From contig NC_134034.1 of assembly GCF_964204645.1 (NCBI RefSeq), positions 7,638,962-7,702,961 of the forward strand: a DNA stretch of 64,000 nucleotides. The letters are read 5' to 3'. Under the pieces are notes generated by a model, which made no database searches, was not told the origin of the DNA, and worked only from the letters and a program-made list of their open reading frames with translations. Positions 14,046 through 27,339 of the stretch are shown in pieces; positions within the stretch are counted from its first letter, which is position 1; each line of letters starts with the position of its first letter. A program made the translations under genes and the position numbers. The DNA is from Tubulanus polymorphus. Its lineage: Eukaryota > Animalia > Nemertea.

Positions 14046-14088
14046 CACACATATAAATATCACAGTAATTGTATATATCTTGTTTCAT
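12753..14088 (-). mobile_element. Polinton remnant B: zinc finger plus N-terminal PolB region, decayed
   Basis: Translates to homologues of 19012-19790 (MEDVRNY, IGPAAI, YFEGSG, SSYIKLPF..NAVINVQNEDNKCF) and of the zinc-finger ORF. Confidence 0.8.
13895..14041. repeat. (TA)n microsatellite
   Basis: Directly visible, about 145 bp. Confidence 0.97.
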
Positions 14089-14762
14089 ATCGGAGGTTGA
14101 GTGAGTGAAAAATAAAAAATACCTGCAGCATGTATTAGGGCTTACACATGATATGGATTTATATCCAAATTTTTATACCAGTTTATAATGATATTTTGTA
14201 TTTAATCATATTGGATTTGTATAAACACATATTTCAGTACAGATAGGTTTTAAGGTGTGCAAAACAAAGACCAATTGAGAATCATAAAACAACATCAATG
14301 AACATAACAGATATCGAACCCATATTTCAGTACCATCCAACAATGTAAAACAATGCATGTAGACTGAATTCAATGTTAAATACAACCACTAACTGAAGTG
14401 AATGCAAATCTGATTATGACAAGCATGTTATTAATCCATGCTATGTCAATATGTCAACTGTCCATCAATTTCTTGCCCTTTGGGGGTAACTTCTTTAACG
14501 ATGCAATTTCTCAACTAGAATGGAAAGGAACATGATATTGAAAGATAACTGCTGAATAGCGATACAGGATTTTCTGCATTTCTGTTCCATTCAAAAGGGG
14601 GAATTGTAATGCAGGAAATAATATTAATGGAAAAAGGGATTCGAACCAGAAATAACCGCAAGTTGTACACCGACAATCAAGTCAGATATTTTTATATTTC
14701 CGTTGGAATGAATTGCATTTCACAGATAACATTATGGTTCCATTGAAAGGTGATTAAGATAT

Positions 14763-14882
14763 TTAGCACTTACTTTGCTTAAACGTGTATTTCCAGACCG
14801 ACATAGGTTTTGTTCCTATATCCCTTGTTGATTTTTCCTTGCCACCAAACACATACAAATAAAGATAGTCATTTTGGATGAG
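14763..14882 (-). CDS. Candidate host exon encoding a kelch-repeat-like segment
   Basis: Acceptor CTTTCAG| at 14883, then LIQNDYLYLYVFGGKEKSTRDIGTKPMSVWKYTFKQ. Either a GTAAGT donor at 14773 or read-through SKC-stop. LYVFGG...W is a kelch signature. Confidence 0.45.
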   Translation of the reverse strand, partial: LIQNDYLYLYVFGGKEKSTRDIGTKPMSVWKYTFKQSKC

Positions 14883-15868
14883 CTGAAAGTAGAATTTCCA
14901 AACAACAGTTTATACAACAATATTGACCAGAATAATCAGTGGACACTGGTTGGTGTTCATTGAAATAGACCTGATTTTGGGACACCTTAAGGAAGTGGTG
15001 AAACTAGATTTTATACACATATATATGTAATAAACTATAAATTGCCCATGGGCAAAGTGTGGTTTACCTTGAAAAGGCTAGAGGTTGTTTGGAGCAAGGG
15101 CATTGCTTGAAAAATCTTTTTAATTCGTGACTTTAAAGTTCTAGAAGTTTATATTGTATTTTATCTTTCTTAAAGAATTATTTTGTTGTCAAATAAGACC
15201 AAAAATAAACAGTTGTTTATGGTCTACGTCCAAAATTTCGTAGGGTACAGGTAAAATATTCAAATAAAATTCATATGATGCCACATATAAGAGGGTGGCT
15301 GAATATTGAGTCTCGGGAACGGAAGATCTTCCAATGTATGGCCGCGGAAGCTAAAACACCGGGACGTAGTATTAGATCTTGGAATTTACTACATCAATAT
15401 TCAGACCTCGACCTATACCTATAGTTTGCTGCTTAGTATTTTCAGGTCACAAGAAATTACAATTTATTACAAATTCTATCAAACAGAAAACACAGCGCTC
15501 ATCTTCTGCTACGACGATTATTCAGCCTGGTATCATACCGGCAAACGTGCACGCGCTAAGCAGCGTTACCCTGTTGTCCTAAGCACACTACGCTCAGACA
15601 GTTCAAGTGGGCGGAGGGGGGGGGGGGGGTGCTAACCACACAAAAGTTCTTTATAAGCTATGTAGATGGCATATATATCAAGCGCTGCACTCCGTATTAC
15701 TGCCTTTAGCAACACTACACACGTGCTTGTGTATGGATTGGCGGCACCTGCTAAAGGAATAATAACTGTGATGAGTCGCTTAGTACTAGCCGGGCGGTAA
15801 TGATGTATGTACACGTGCTCTATCAATTTCAAGTCAAGTATCAGGCTTTTACAATAACAACTGACAAA

Positions 15869-15902
15869 TATAGCTGCTAAGCAGCGATGACGGGTTTTCT
15901 GC
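15869..15902 (-). mobile_element. 3' terminus of a family D HINE
   Basis: TATAGCTGC-TAA-GCAGCGATGACGGGTTTTCTGC matches 44370-44404. Confidence 0.55.
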
Positions 15903-17236
15903 AAAGCCATTCAGAATGATGGGAATTGTAGTAAATTGAAATACCGATACATAAAATAAAATGCATTGACAGATTCGAACCTAATATGCAAACACTGTGT
16001 TAACGTCAAATATGATTCAGCTTTGAAACCGAACATACGCGGACACACAATCAACAAATATGAATTTATTTGACCAGGCATTTATTTTGGCATTCAAACA
16101 TCATGATACTTTATTATCACCATGCTTAAAGATCTGTCCTATTAAGAACTCATCTTAATCACCTGCTGAGTCGATAGATTGAGTGAATTTACAGATAAGA
16201 ACGTATTATGATTTAGAATAGATTTAAGAAGTTAATGTTTTTATTGAAATATTTGAATAAATACATATATTGTAGTGTAGATTCAATCAATAAATTATGA
16301 ATTGATTTGGTCTGGGTTTCCGGCTGATGATGATTTTGGCTTTTATGGATTACAAATTCTATAGTGATAAAAAAATTGATACCTGCAACATGTGTGTAAA
16401 TCAAACCTATTCCACTAGTTGCGTGTGTTTCCTAATAAACGGGAGAGTCACTCTTGATCTGAGTAATTAGAAAAATAATGTTCATTTAGTTATAGAAATT
16501 CATTGCCTTTTTGAAAATTCTGTGCATGTAATAATATTTGTTCTTTCCTAATTTTTATTACTGTATGAACCAATGATTTGATTTGTAAATATGTAATAAA
16601 AGAAATTTGAATTTGAATTAAATTTGAACATGAGAATCAGGCATAACTTGTGTTTTTTGAACTTGTCTTTTGTTAACAGTTCCAGAGTTTCAATTACAAT
16701 CAAATTCAAATTGGCTAAAAAAAAGTACAAAGGACTAAATGAAATGAACCGTTTAGTTACTGCAAACCTATTCCAGTGTTATGTCGATCGTGTTAAATCA
16801 CTTTGCTTGAGTGGAAAGAATCAGATCTTCTATGGTGCAACATCGGTCGAAGATAGATATCTTGGTGTTGACTGCCCATGTAACTTCATGCGTTTGACAT
16901 TGGAATCAGCATCATACCCATTTGAACTGCAAAATATTCATACAACATGAAAAACCGACAGTACATGTATACAGTAATCAAAATATCACCGATGTTGGAT
17001 ATTTGAATGAACGCTTCGGTGAATGATAGGCTTATTTTAGCATTCTAAAGCAGGAAATAATAAGCGCAATCAATAGGCCCTAATCCCATTGGAACAATTG
17101 TATAGGCCTAATGCGTCCAGCTGTACCGTACACTTATCGGTCAAGAATGGAGAAATCGGTATACCAAACCTACGAACAGCAAAATGTGCAGGCCTACAAT
17201 GATTTCTGGTATACAAGTCATGACCATATGAACGTT

Positions 17237-17329
17237 AGTAATAGGAAGATGTGGGTTTCGTACCAGAGGACGAGAGGACGAGACACCACTCATCACCACA
17301 AGTAATTTTTTTTCCTAATAAATGGGAGA
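17237..17329 (+). repeat. Polinton left TIR
   Basis: AGTAATAGGAAGATGTGGGTTTCGTACCAGAGGACGAGAGGACGAGACACCACTCATCAC...TAAATGGGAGA, inverted at 38337-38426 with 2 substitutions and one 3-bp indel. Confidence 0.92.
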
Positions 17330-17654
17330 GAATGAACACCAGTCAGAAAATAATAATGTTAATAAAAATCAATATTATTGCCAATATTGTAAAAAATACG
17401 TCGATACATCTAATAAAACACGACATGAAAAAACTGCAAATCATATAAAAAATGTAATAGATTTTGAAACTCCAGAAAATTCCAATGAAAGAAAAGAAAG
17501 ATTAGAAAATATGAATGTGGATGAAATAAAATGTGAAGTTTGTAATGAATTTATAGTAAAAAGGAATTATAATAGACATCTCGAATCACAAAAACACCAT
17601 CAAAATTTGAGTAATAATGTTTTAGGAAAAGATTATTTTGATGATAAACCTCAA
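17322..17654 (+). pseudogene. Two C2H2-type zinc fingers, probable N-terminus of the Polinton PolB, cut by a HINE
   Basis: YYCQYCKKYV...RHEKTANH and IKCEVCNEFI...RHLESQKH. The ATG lies inside the TIR. Confidence 0.7.
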
Positions 17655-18957
<1,303 letters not shown>

Positions 18958-19011
18958 AAAAAGTAAAAAAAAACCACTTCAAAAACTAAATCCATTTCAA
19001 ATAAACCTTAC

Positions 19012-22000
19012 ATGGAAAATGTTAGAAATTATATTGATTCACTAGAAATAAAAGATACAATTGAAATTTTAGAAACATTACGTAGTAAAATTGGTCCTGC
19101 AGCTATTATATTTAGATTTTTTAAAGGTACAACAATAGAAGATTATAGTAAATTTGATGAAATAATAGAAAAAATACTAGATTTGATAACAGATGTTGAA
19201 TATCCAAAAATTAGTATCTCTGGGAAAGTAAGTTTTTTAGTCAGAAGCTAAAATGGATTATAATATTCAAACACTCTCTGAAGAAATAATTTCAAAAACA
19301 CAAATAAAAGAGAAGTTAGAAAAAATATTTAATGAATTTAAACGTCATATTGAAGAAAGATATTTTGAGGGTTCTGGCTTAACATTGAATGAAATTATAT
19401 TTTTAGATTTAAATGTTTATAATACAAAAAATAAAACATCAAAAAGTAATAAAATGTTTAAAAAGGATTCAAACTTTACAACAGAAAAGGAGGATATTAA
19501 AGGATCATCTTATATTAAATTACCATTTACAACAAAAGTAGTAATAAATGTTCAAAATGAAGATAATAAATGTTTTCTGTGGGCAATTATTAGTTGCTAA
19601 CATCCAACAGAAGATATTACACATAGTTTTAGAATAACAAATTACCGGAAATATGAAACATTATATAAAATTGATCAATATCCAGTAACTATAAAAATAA
19701 TTTCTAAAATAGAAAAAGTTAATAATTTAAAAATAAATGTATTCGAATTAATGCAATTACCAAAGACAAAAGGTGAATATATTAAAGATTATACATTGGA
19801 AGCTTTATATTTAACAGAATATTATGATGATGAAAATGCTATAGATTTGTTATATTACAAAACAGATGAAAATGAACATTATATGTGGTTAAAACAAATT
19901 GATTTATTCTTTAGAACAGAAAGTGATCATCATCGTAAAATTTATCTATGTAGAAAATTTTTATCTAAATTTACGACTGAGAATACATTATTAAAACATA
20001 AAGAATTATGTGATAATAAAGATTTTTGCAAATTAATAATGCCAACAGAAAAAGATTATAAATTGAAATTTACTAATCATAAATTTAAGAATATTGTTCC
20101 ATTTGTAATTTATGGGGATTTTGAATCGTTAAATAAAGAATTAACCGATCAAGATAGAAAAGAAATATATAACAAAAAGCAATTATTAAAATCAATGGAT
20201 AAAGGAAATGAATTAAATGAAGACACAATACAAGACCCACCAATTATAAACACAATTAAAAAAGTTCATCAAAGAGCTGCTGCTTATGGAATTTATATAA
20301 AATCAAATTATCCCGAATTATATGAAAGTCAATATATTTCTTTTAGAGGTGAAAATGTAGTTAATGATTTTTGTGACAAAATGATTGAATTAGAGAGTGA
20401 TTTTGCAAAATTATTAAACAAAAATAAAAGAATAGTTATGACAAAAGATGAAATTGATTTTAATTATGCAACTCATTGTTGTTATTGTGAAAAACGTTTT
20501 TATTCATTTGATAAAAAAGTTAGAGATCATGATCATTTAAATTCAAAATATCGTGTAGCTGCTCATGAAGATTGCAATTTACAAGCTAAGAAAGTTAATT
20601 TCGTACCAATATTATTTCATAATTTATCAGGCTATGATACCCATCTATTTATAAAACAATTATCGGGAAAATTGAGCGCAATTAATCAAGAAATAGAAGA
20701 ATATAATGCTATGAATGGTGTAAATGTAAGAAAATATGATTTTAAAATATTAGCTAAAACATCTGAAAATTATATTTCATTTCAATTTGGTTGCATTAGA
20801 TTTTTAGATTCTTATAGATTTCTAGCAAGTTCATTAGATAATTTATCAAAAAGTTTAGTTGATAATGATTTTATAATAACTCGATATTATTATCCAAATG
20901 ACCAAGATTTTAAATTATTGAGATATAAAGGCGCAATTCCTTATTCATTTTATAAAACACACAATGATTTTAATGTAACAGAATTATTAAAAGATCAATT
21001 TTATGATCAATTAAAAGAGGAGTATGTGAAAGACGAAGTGTTTAATAGAACGTTAAATATTTGGAACCATTTTAAGATGAAAAATCATGGCGAATTAGTT
21101 GATTTATATTTAAAATCAGATGTGATGATATTGGCTGACATATTTGAAAAATTTAGAGAAGTTAATTTGAATCATTTTAATGTTGATCCTTGTTATTGCT
21201 ACTCTAGTCCTGGTTTAACCTGGCAATGTGGTTTAAAATATACAAATGTAGAATTAGATTTATTAAAAGAACAAGATATGGTTTTATTATTTGAAAAATC
21301 AATTAGAGGTGGAATTAGTGGTGTTATGGGAGATAGGTATTTTAAAGCAAATGATGAATATAAATTATTATATATTGACGCCAATAATTTATATGGTTGG
21401 GCAATGATGCAACCTCAACCATATAAAAATTTTATATTAACAGAAGTTGAAAATGATGATAAAACCGATTGGGAAAGCGCAATTGCGAGTTTAAAAGATG
21501 AAGCACCAATTGGTTATTTCTTTGTAGTTGATTTAGAATATCCTGAAAATATAAAGTTTAAAACAAGAAACTTACCTTATTGCCCAGAACATTTAACCGT
21601 AGATGATAGTTATTTAAGTGAATACCAGAAGAAATAAAAACCGAAAGATCATGTTTTTACAGAAAAATTAATACTTACTCAAAATAATAAATACAATTAT
21701 ATTGTTCATTATAGAATGTTAAAATTTTATCTAAAACAAGGAATGAAATTAAAGAAAGTACATAGATATATTGAATTTAATCAATCGAAGTGGTTTGAAA
21801 AATATATAGATTTCAATACTCAACAGAGAACCATATCTAAAACAGATTTCGAAAAAGATTTTTTTAAATTAATGAACAATAGTTTTTACGGTAAAACATG
21901 CGAAAATATTAGAAATAGAAATGATATTGAATTAGTAAATAATTCTGAGAGATTAAGACACCTACAATCAAGTCCTAGACATTTAGGAAATGAAAGATTT

Positions 22001-23698
22001 GAAGATTATTTAACCGCAGTTAAATTAAAAAGAACGTCAATGAAATTTAATAAACCTATATTCATTGGTTCAACTGTTTTAGAGTATCAAAATTATTAAT
22101 GTATGATTTTTATTATAATGTTTTACAACCACTTTTTGGGGAAAAGCATATTGAAATATTATATTTTGATTCTGTAACAGCTGACACCCCAATATTATTA
22201 AAATGTAATGATAAAATATTGATAAGAAGAATTTCAGAAATAATTCCAAAACAAAATGAATGTTATATTTCATATGGTGAAAAAGAATTAATACAAATAA
22301 ATGGTTTAATGGATGTTTGGACAAGAAATGGATGGAAAAAATTAAAGAATATTATTAGGCATAAAACAAATAAGAAAATCTATTGAGTTAGAACTAAATT
22401 AGGGTTTGTAGATGTTACAGAAGATCATAGTTTAATTAAACGAAATGGTGATGAAATAAAACCAACTGATATAAAAATTGGAAATGAATTATTACATAAA
22501 AGATTTTTCCAAAGAATGAATCGTATGTCATTTGATGAAATTATTGATAATATTTATAATATAGAACCCGAAACATTAGAAGAAAAAGAATATTTCATCA
22601 AAGGATTTTTCATGGGTGATGGTTCAGCAGATGTGTATAAATATGTTTGGGGTAATACATATTGTTGGTATTTATGCAATCAAGACTTAAAATTATTAGA
22701 AAGAATTAAGAAATTCTGTGAAGAAGTTTATTCACTTAAAACATTTAGAATCATGGATGTTATGAAACCATCAGCAGTTTATAGAATACTTGTAAATAAT
22801 CCTAAAGATTTTGCTATAAAATATAATGATGAATTCTATATTCATGCAATAGTGAAAAGTAATACTTCAACAAAAGAAAAGATAGTTCCAGATTATGTAT
22901 TAAATGCAAAAAATAATTTAAGAAAATGGTTCTTCATTGGATTCTATGCAGCAGATGGTGCTAAAAAATTTACAAAGGATAAAAAGATAACCTTTGCACA
23001 GAAAGGAAAAGTTGCTATATCAGGGTTAAATATATTATGTAATTCATTAGGCTTCAATATGAATATTGGATTGATTAAATCTAAACCAAATTGCTTTCAT
23101 TTATTAAGCAAGCCACACAGAAAAAGATTTAACTGAAGAAGTTAAAGATTTATTTGAAATATATAACCCATCAGATTATGTTTATGATTTATCAACTGAA
23201 GATGGTACATTTAACTGTGGATTTCCATTAATTTGCTTCAATACTGATGCGTACATACTAAAAATCAAGACAAATGACATAACAAAAGACTTAAAAACAT
23301 TAAAACATCATTTTGATTTTAGCAATTATCCCAAAGATCATGAACTATTTAGCGATGATAATAAAAAGATTCCTGGTAAATTTAAAGATGAATTAGGGGG
23401 TGATGAAATGATTGAATTTGTTGGGATAAGAAGTAAAATGTATAGTAACTGAACAAAAGATCATGAAGCTAAAAAGTTAAAAGGAATAACAAAACATGTG
23501 GTTGATAAACATATAGAATTTCAAGATTATATAAAGTGTTTATATAACTCAATTGTAATGAAACATAAAATGAATTGTTTAAGATCAGAAGATCACGAGA
23601 TGTACATTAATGAAGTTGAAAAAACTAGTTTGAATCTATTTGATGATAAAAGGCATATTTTAGATGATGGTATAAAAACATTACCTTATGGCCATTAA
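19012..23698 (+). pseudogene. polB: Protein-primed family B DNA polymerase with OTU-like N-terminal domain, HNH insertion and an intein; several stops and frameshifts
   Basis: Exonuclease motifs VIYGDFES, FHNLSGYDTH, FLDSYRF, YLKSDV. Polymerase motifs YIDANNLYGWAM, FKLMNNSFYGKT, split YFD/TDA, GKFKDE, RSKMY, KLKGI, DDKR...TLPYGH. Confidence 0.95.
22171..23242 (+). mobile_element. Intein with LAGLIDADG homing endonuclease in PolB motif C (one stop, one frameshift)
   Basis: Block A SVTADTPILL, block B VDVTEDHSL, LAGLIDADG helices FIKGFFMGDGS and FFIGFYAADGA, block [13 protein letters not shown], block G ICFN followed by Thr. Removal restores LYFDTDAYI. Confidence 0.92.
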
Positions 23699-24995
23699 AA
23701 CAGAAAATCAATATCATCATACTCGAAATCACTATTGGCTTCTTCATTTTCATTTAATTGTTCTCGTATAATTTAGTTAGGTTCTTCCATTTCATTTTTC
23801 TCATTTAAATAAAGTTCTATCTTGTACCACATTTCATCTCGCTCTCTTTGTTTCTTTTTGTTTGTTAATTCGTCAAACGGAATTATAATATCTATGTTTA
23901 AATAATTTACAATCTTATTTAAAAAGAATTCATAATTAATTGAATCTGTTATTCTATTTTCCAAATGATACATTAATATTTGTTTGAATGTTTTTTTTAA
24001 ATATTTTCCATATCTTCTTCTGTTAATTTAGGTTTTTCATAATAATCGTTAAATAATAAATATAAATACATTTTCTTTTGTTTTGTGTTAAATGTTGATG
24101 GAATAATTGTTTTTATAATATCTTTTTTAGTCATTTCACCATTTTTATTTTCTATTATTTTCATTTTTTCAAGCCATTGCATATATTCTGGTGTATGATC
24201 TTCTATAGAAAATATTTTAAAAATTTCATCTAGATAATTTAATTTTGGATCTGTGTGAAAATTTCTAGTTTTTTCTTCACCCCATAAATTCTTTTGCCAT
24301 CCACAATCAACACAAAATAACAACTACATTGTGGACATTTTCGTTTATAATTTATTGGTAATATCTTCATTAAGCTCTTGGTATTTTCTTACGTTTTCTT
24401 TATGTTTTATTGTTCTATTATGTAGATTTGAATTACTTGTTGTAATAATCAATTTTCAATATTTACAATAATATGTTTTTCTTGTTAATTCATTATATTG
24501 TTATTCTAAATTTTCAATTGTTTCTTTATTATCTGGTAACGTTTTCTCATATTTTATTTTTTCTAATAAACTATTTTTTCTTTCATTAAATTCAGTTTCA
24601 AATTTATTAGAAATTTTATCTATATGTACTTTACGAAATTGATGATTCTCCCAATCTTCTATATTTTCAGGGTTGTATTTTATTCGACAAGGCTCGCAGA
24701 ATTGATCTTTTATATTATCCTTATCAAAGAATAAGAAAGGTCTTTTCCAAATAATTTCAGGTTCAACTTCAACAGAATTACTATTACTTTCATAACTATC
24801 AACATTAGCCGTTGCGCCATTAATTTTACACTTCTCTGAATGTTTTTTAACATAATTTCTTGAGAATAATTTATTACATTTTGGACAGTTTAGTTTAGGG
24901 GGTTTATAATTTTCATCATGTTTTTTCATATGTCGAGCCATATTACTTTTTCTTAGAAGTTCACCACAAATTTCGCATGGTATCTTCTCATCCAT
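23697..24995 (-). pseudogene. Multi-zinc-finger Polinton protein, broken into several ORFs
   Basis: CEICGELLRKSNMARHMKKH, CPKCNKLFSRNYVKKH, CEPC...H..., FCVDCGW in consecutive minus-strand ORFs. Begins at a TAAATG. Confidence 0.65.
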
Positions 24996-25063
24996 TTATT
25001 AAGAAAAAATTTTATTAAAATTATTTTTTAGAGATGAGCGGTAATTTTTTTATGTTATAAATA

Positions 25064-25818
25064 ATGGTAGAATTAAAAGAATATAGAATATTTGTTGATT
25101 CTAGAAAACTTACAATTATAAATCACATAATTTACTAGTACAATTAGATAGAGAATTTAAGAATTGTGTTGATTTAAAATTAGTAAATATAAGTTTATGT
25201 AATTCTTTTTATAATGTATCGGATAAAACTTTCGAACATAGAGGTTTTGCAATTCATATGAGAAATAAAAATAAATGGTTTTATCTAATGTTAAAACCAG
25301 GGTTATATAATTTAGAAACATTAGCCCAAGAAATTAATCGGAAAGCACAATTAAAACTTGAAAGTGAAGATAAATTTTCAATTAGATTTATAAAAAGTGA
25401 TAGTTCTGATAAAATTAAAATAAAGTTAGATGATGAAAGCAAACATGCATTTATGGTAAGGAAACCTTTAGCTAAACTGTTAGGAATTAAACCACAAACT
25501 GTTACAGGAAACGTAGACGGTAATTCAAATATAATACGTTATACACAATTTTATATTTATTGCAATTTAATCGACCCTACAAAAACATTTGAAGCAACTA
25601 AAGACATAACTTGTAATTCTAGTATATTAAATATTTTACCATTGAAGAATGTTAAACAATTTGGAACTCAAATAAATTATAATTTAGCTGAATGTGATTT
25701 TAAACCATGTATTCCTCAATTTAATAATTTTAAATTAGAAATAAGAAATCATAATGGATATTTAATTGATTTCAATAACTTTCCTGTAATATATGAATTA
25801 GTTATAAGATGTAAATAG
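25064..25818 (+). pseudogene. Minor capsid (penton, single jelly-roll) protein, one frameshift near the N-terminus
   Basis: IFVDSR, ISLCNSFYNV, PGLYNLETL, FYIYCNLI, LEIRNHNGYLIDFNNFPVIYELVI match the Polinton penton pattern. Confidence 0.7.
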
Positions 25819-25837
25819 TAATTTTTTCATTGTATAA

Positions 25838-26089
25838 ATGAATATAACGGTTGGACCGAGTATATGTTTTGGGTTTGATATTAAACGTGAGAAAGAAATG
25901 AAATTTAACATTACTGATGTAATTATACATATTAAAAATATTGCATTTTCTAATGAAACAACATTTAAGTATGAAAAAACAATAGATAAAGAAACTTTTA
26001 ATGTAGAAAAGATTACTAATTTAAATGGAGAATCTTTAAGATTTTATGAATTAGATGAAGATTTTATCATCGATGATATTAAAAAATAA
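25838..26089 (+). CDS. Polinton hypothetical protein (probably frameshifted, continuing to about 26190)
   Basis: ORF starting at the conserved T-run TAAATG motif. Confidence 0.5.
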   Translation: MNITVGPSICFGFDIKREKEMKFNITDVIIHIKNIAFSNETTFKYEKTIDKETFNVEKITNLNGESLRFYELDEDFIIDDIKK

Positions 26090-26193
26090 TAATTGAAATT
26101 TATACAAATGAAACTAGTAATGAAATAAATGTTGAATTAATCATCACTAAGATAACTAAATATTTTGAAGATAGTAATTTTTTTGATTAACAA

Positions 26194-26415
26194 ATGAGTG
26201 ATAATAAGTGGATAATAACTGGATTATATAATGGAGCATTACTATCAGTTGGAACTGTTGGTTATTCAATGGTATTAAAAAAAGTATTTAAAATGGGAAG
26301 TGTTAATGTTGATAGATTTGATATATATGACATTTTAAAATTAACATTAGCAGTTACTTTATCTAATTTAACTATTGATTATTTGGAAAAACAAAAATAT
26401 ATTCCTCCCATATAA
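26194..26415 (+). CDS. Small Polinton membrane protein
   Basis: 73-aa ORF with two hydrophobic segments and a TAATTTTTT...AAATG start context. Confidence 0.65.
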   Translation: MSDNKWIITGLYNGALLSVGTVGYSMVLKKVFKMGSVNVDRFDIYDILKLTLAVTLSNLTIDYLEKQKYIPPI

Positions 26416-26439
26416 ATGCGTAATTATTTTACTAAATAA

Positions 26440-26864
26440 ATGGCTTCTGCAATTATAACTATTATAGGATCGGCAATTGTTAACGCTTTAGCATTTACTG
26501 GTGGTGGTTATTTATTCAAGCATATTGATAAAAATAGTTCATTAGGAGAACAAAGAAGACATAACTTAGCATTAGAAAAATACAATAAAAGAAGAATACA
26601 GCAGAAGAATACAGAGAAAAACGACAAAACTATATGGATTATATTAACAAGTAATTATATGATCAGAAGATTTCACATAGAGATTTTCAATCAGTCGATG
26701 ATGCAATGAGTATATAACGCGGTAACAAATAAAGAAAAATTACATCTACATAAACCTAAATTATCAGATTATTATACCCCAAGTAAAGAACAACAGAAAT
26801 ATGAAATAATATGGATTTTAGGTGGAACTGTTATTGTTACATTTGTAGCATATAGATTTACTAA
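26440..26864 (+). pseudogene. Polinton membrane/coiled-coil protein, frameshifted
   Basis: N-terminal hydrophobic MASAIITIIGSAIVNALAFTGGGYLF, EQRRHNLALEKY, and a C-terminal TM segment IIWILGGTVIVTFVAY in a shifted frame. Confidence 0.6.
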
Positions 26865-26887
26865 TTAGTAATTTTTTTTCAAAATAA

Positions 26888-27322
26888 ATGGAAGATAAAG
26901 TTGATAGTATTGATATTATTCCTCATGATATTAATAAAACTAAATTAAAAATATATTTAGAAAAACAAATATTAGAATTTGAAAATGATTTAAAAGTTAA
27001 AAAGAAAAAATATTTAAAAAGTAAAATTATATATTATTTGATTATAAGTGGTTCGGTTACAATTAGTTCTGTAATAACATTTCTAGCAATATTCAGTCCA
27101 TTAACACCTTTAGCTATATCAATTGGTGTGTTAGGATTAAGTTCAAGTGTTTTAACTGGTATAAGTTCAAAATTAAATATAAAAAGTAATAAAGAAAAAA
27201 ATTAAAACTAATATAAAAGAAATTAATAAATTAAAGAATACACTAGATTATATAATAAGTTTAAATGGCCATATAACAGTTGAAGAACAAGATAAATTAT
27301 TAAAAGAATTAGTTAATTATTA
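26888..27322 (+). pseudogene. Polinton two-TM coiled-coil protein, frameshift in an A-run
   Basis: Long hydrophobic hairpin IIYYLIISGSVTISSVITFLAIFSPLTPLAISIGVLGLSSSVLTGIS flanked by charged helices. Confidence 0.6.
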
Positions 27323-27339
27323 ATTGTTTAATTATATAA

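Noticed and set aside
13842-14088. IYIY-repeat ORFs
   Set aside because: Translations of the (TA)n tract.
16768-16926. Possible minus-strand exon with good splice signals
   Set aside because: All three frames contain stops and no domain is recognisable.
22171-23242. Hedgehog-type Hint domain or free-standing homing endonuclease gene
   Set aside because: It is an in-frame insertion at the polymerase catalytic motif with both splice junctions and an internal LAGLIDADG domain, which defines an intein.
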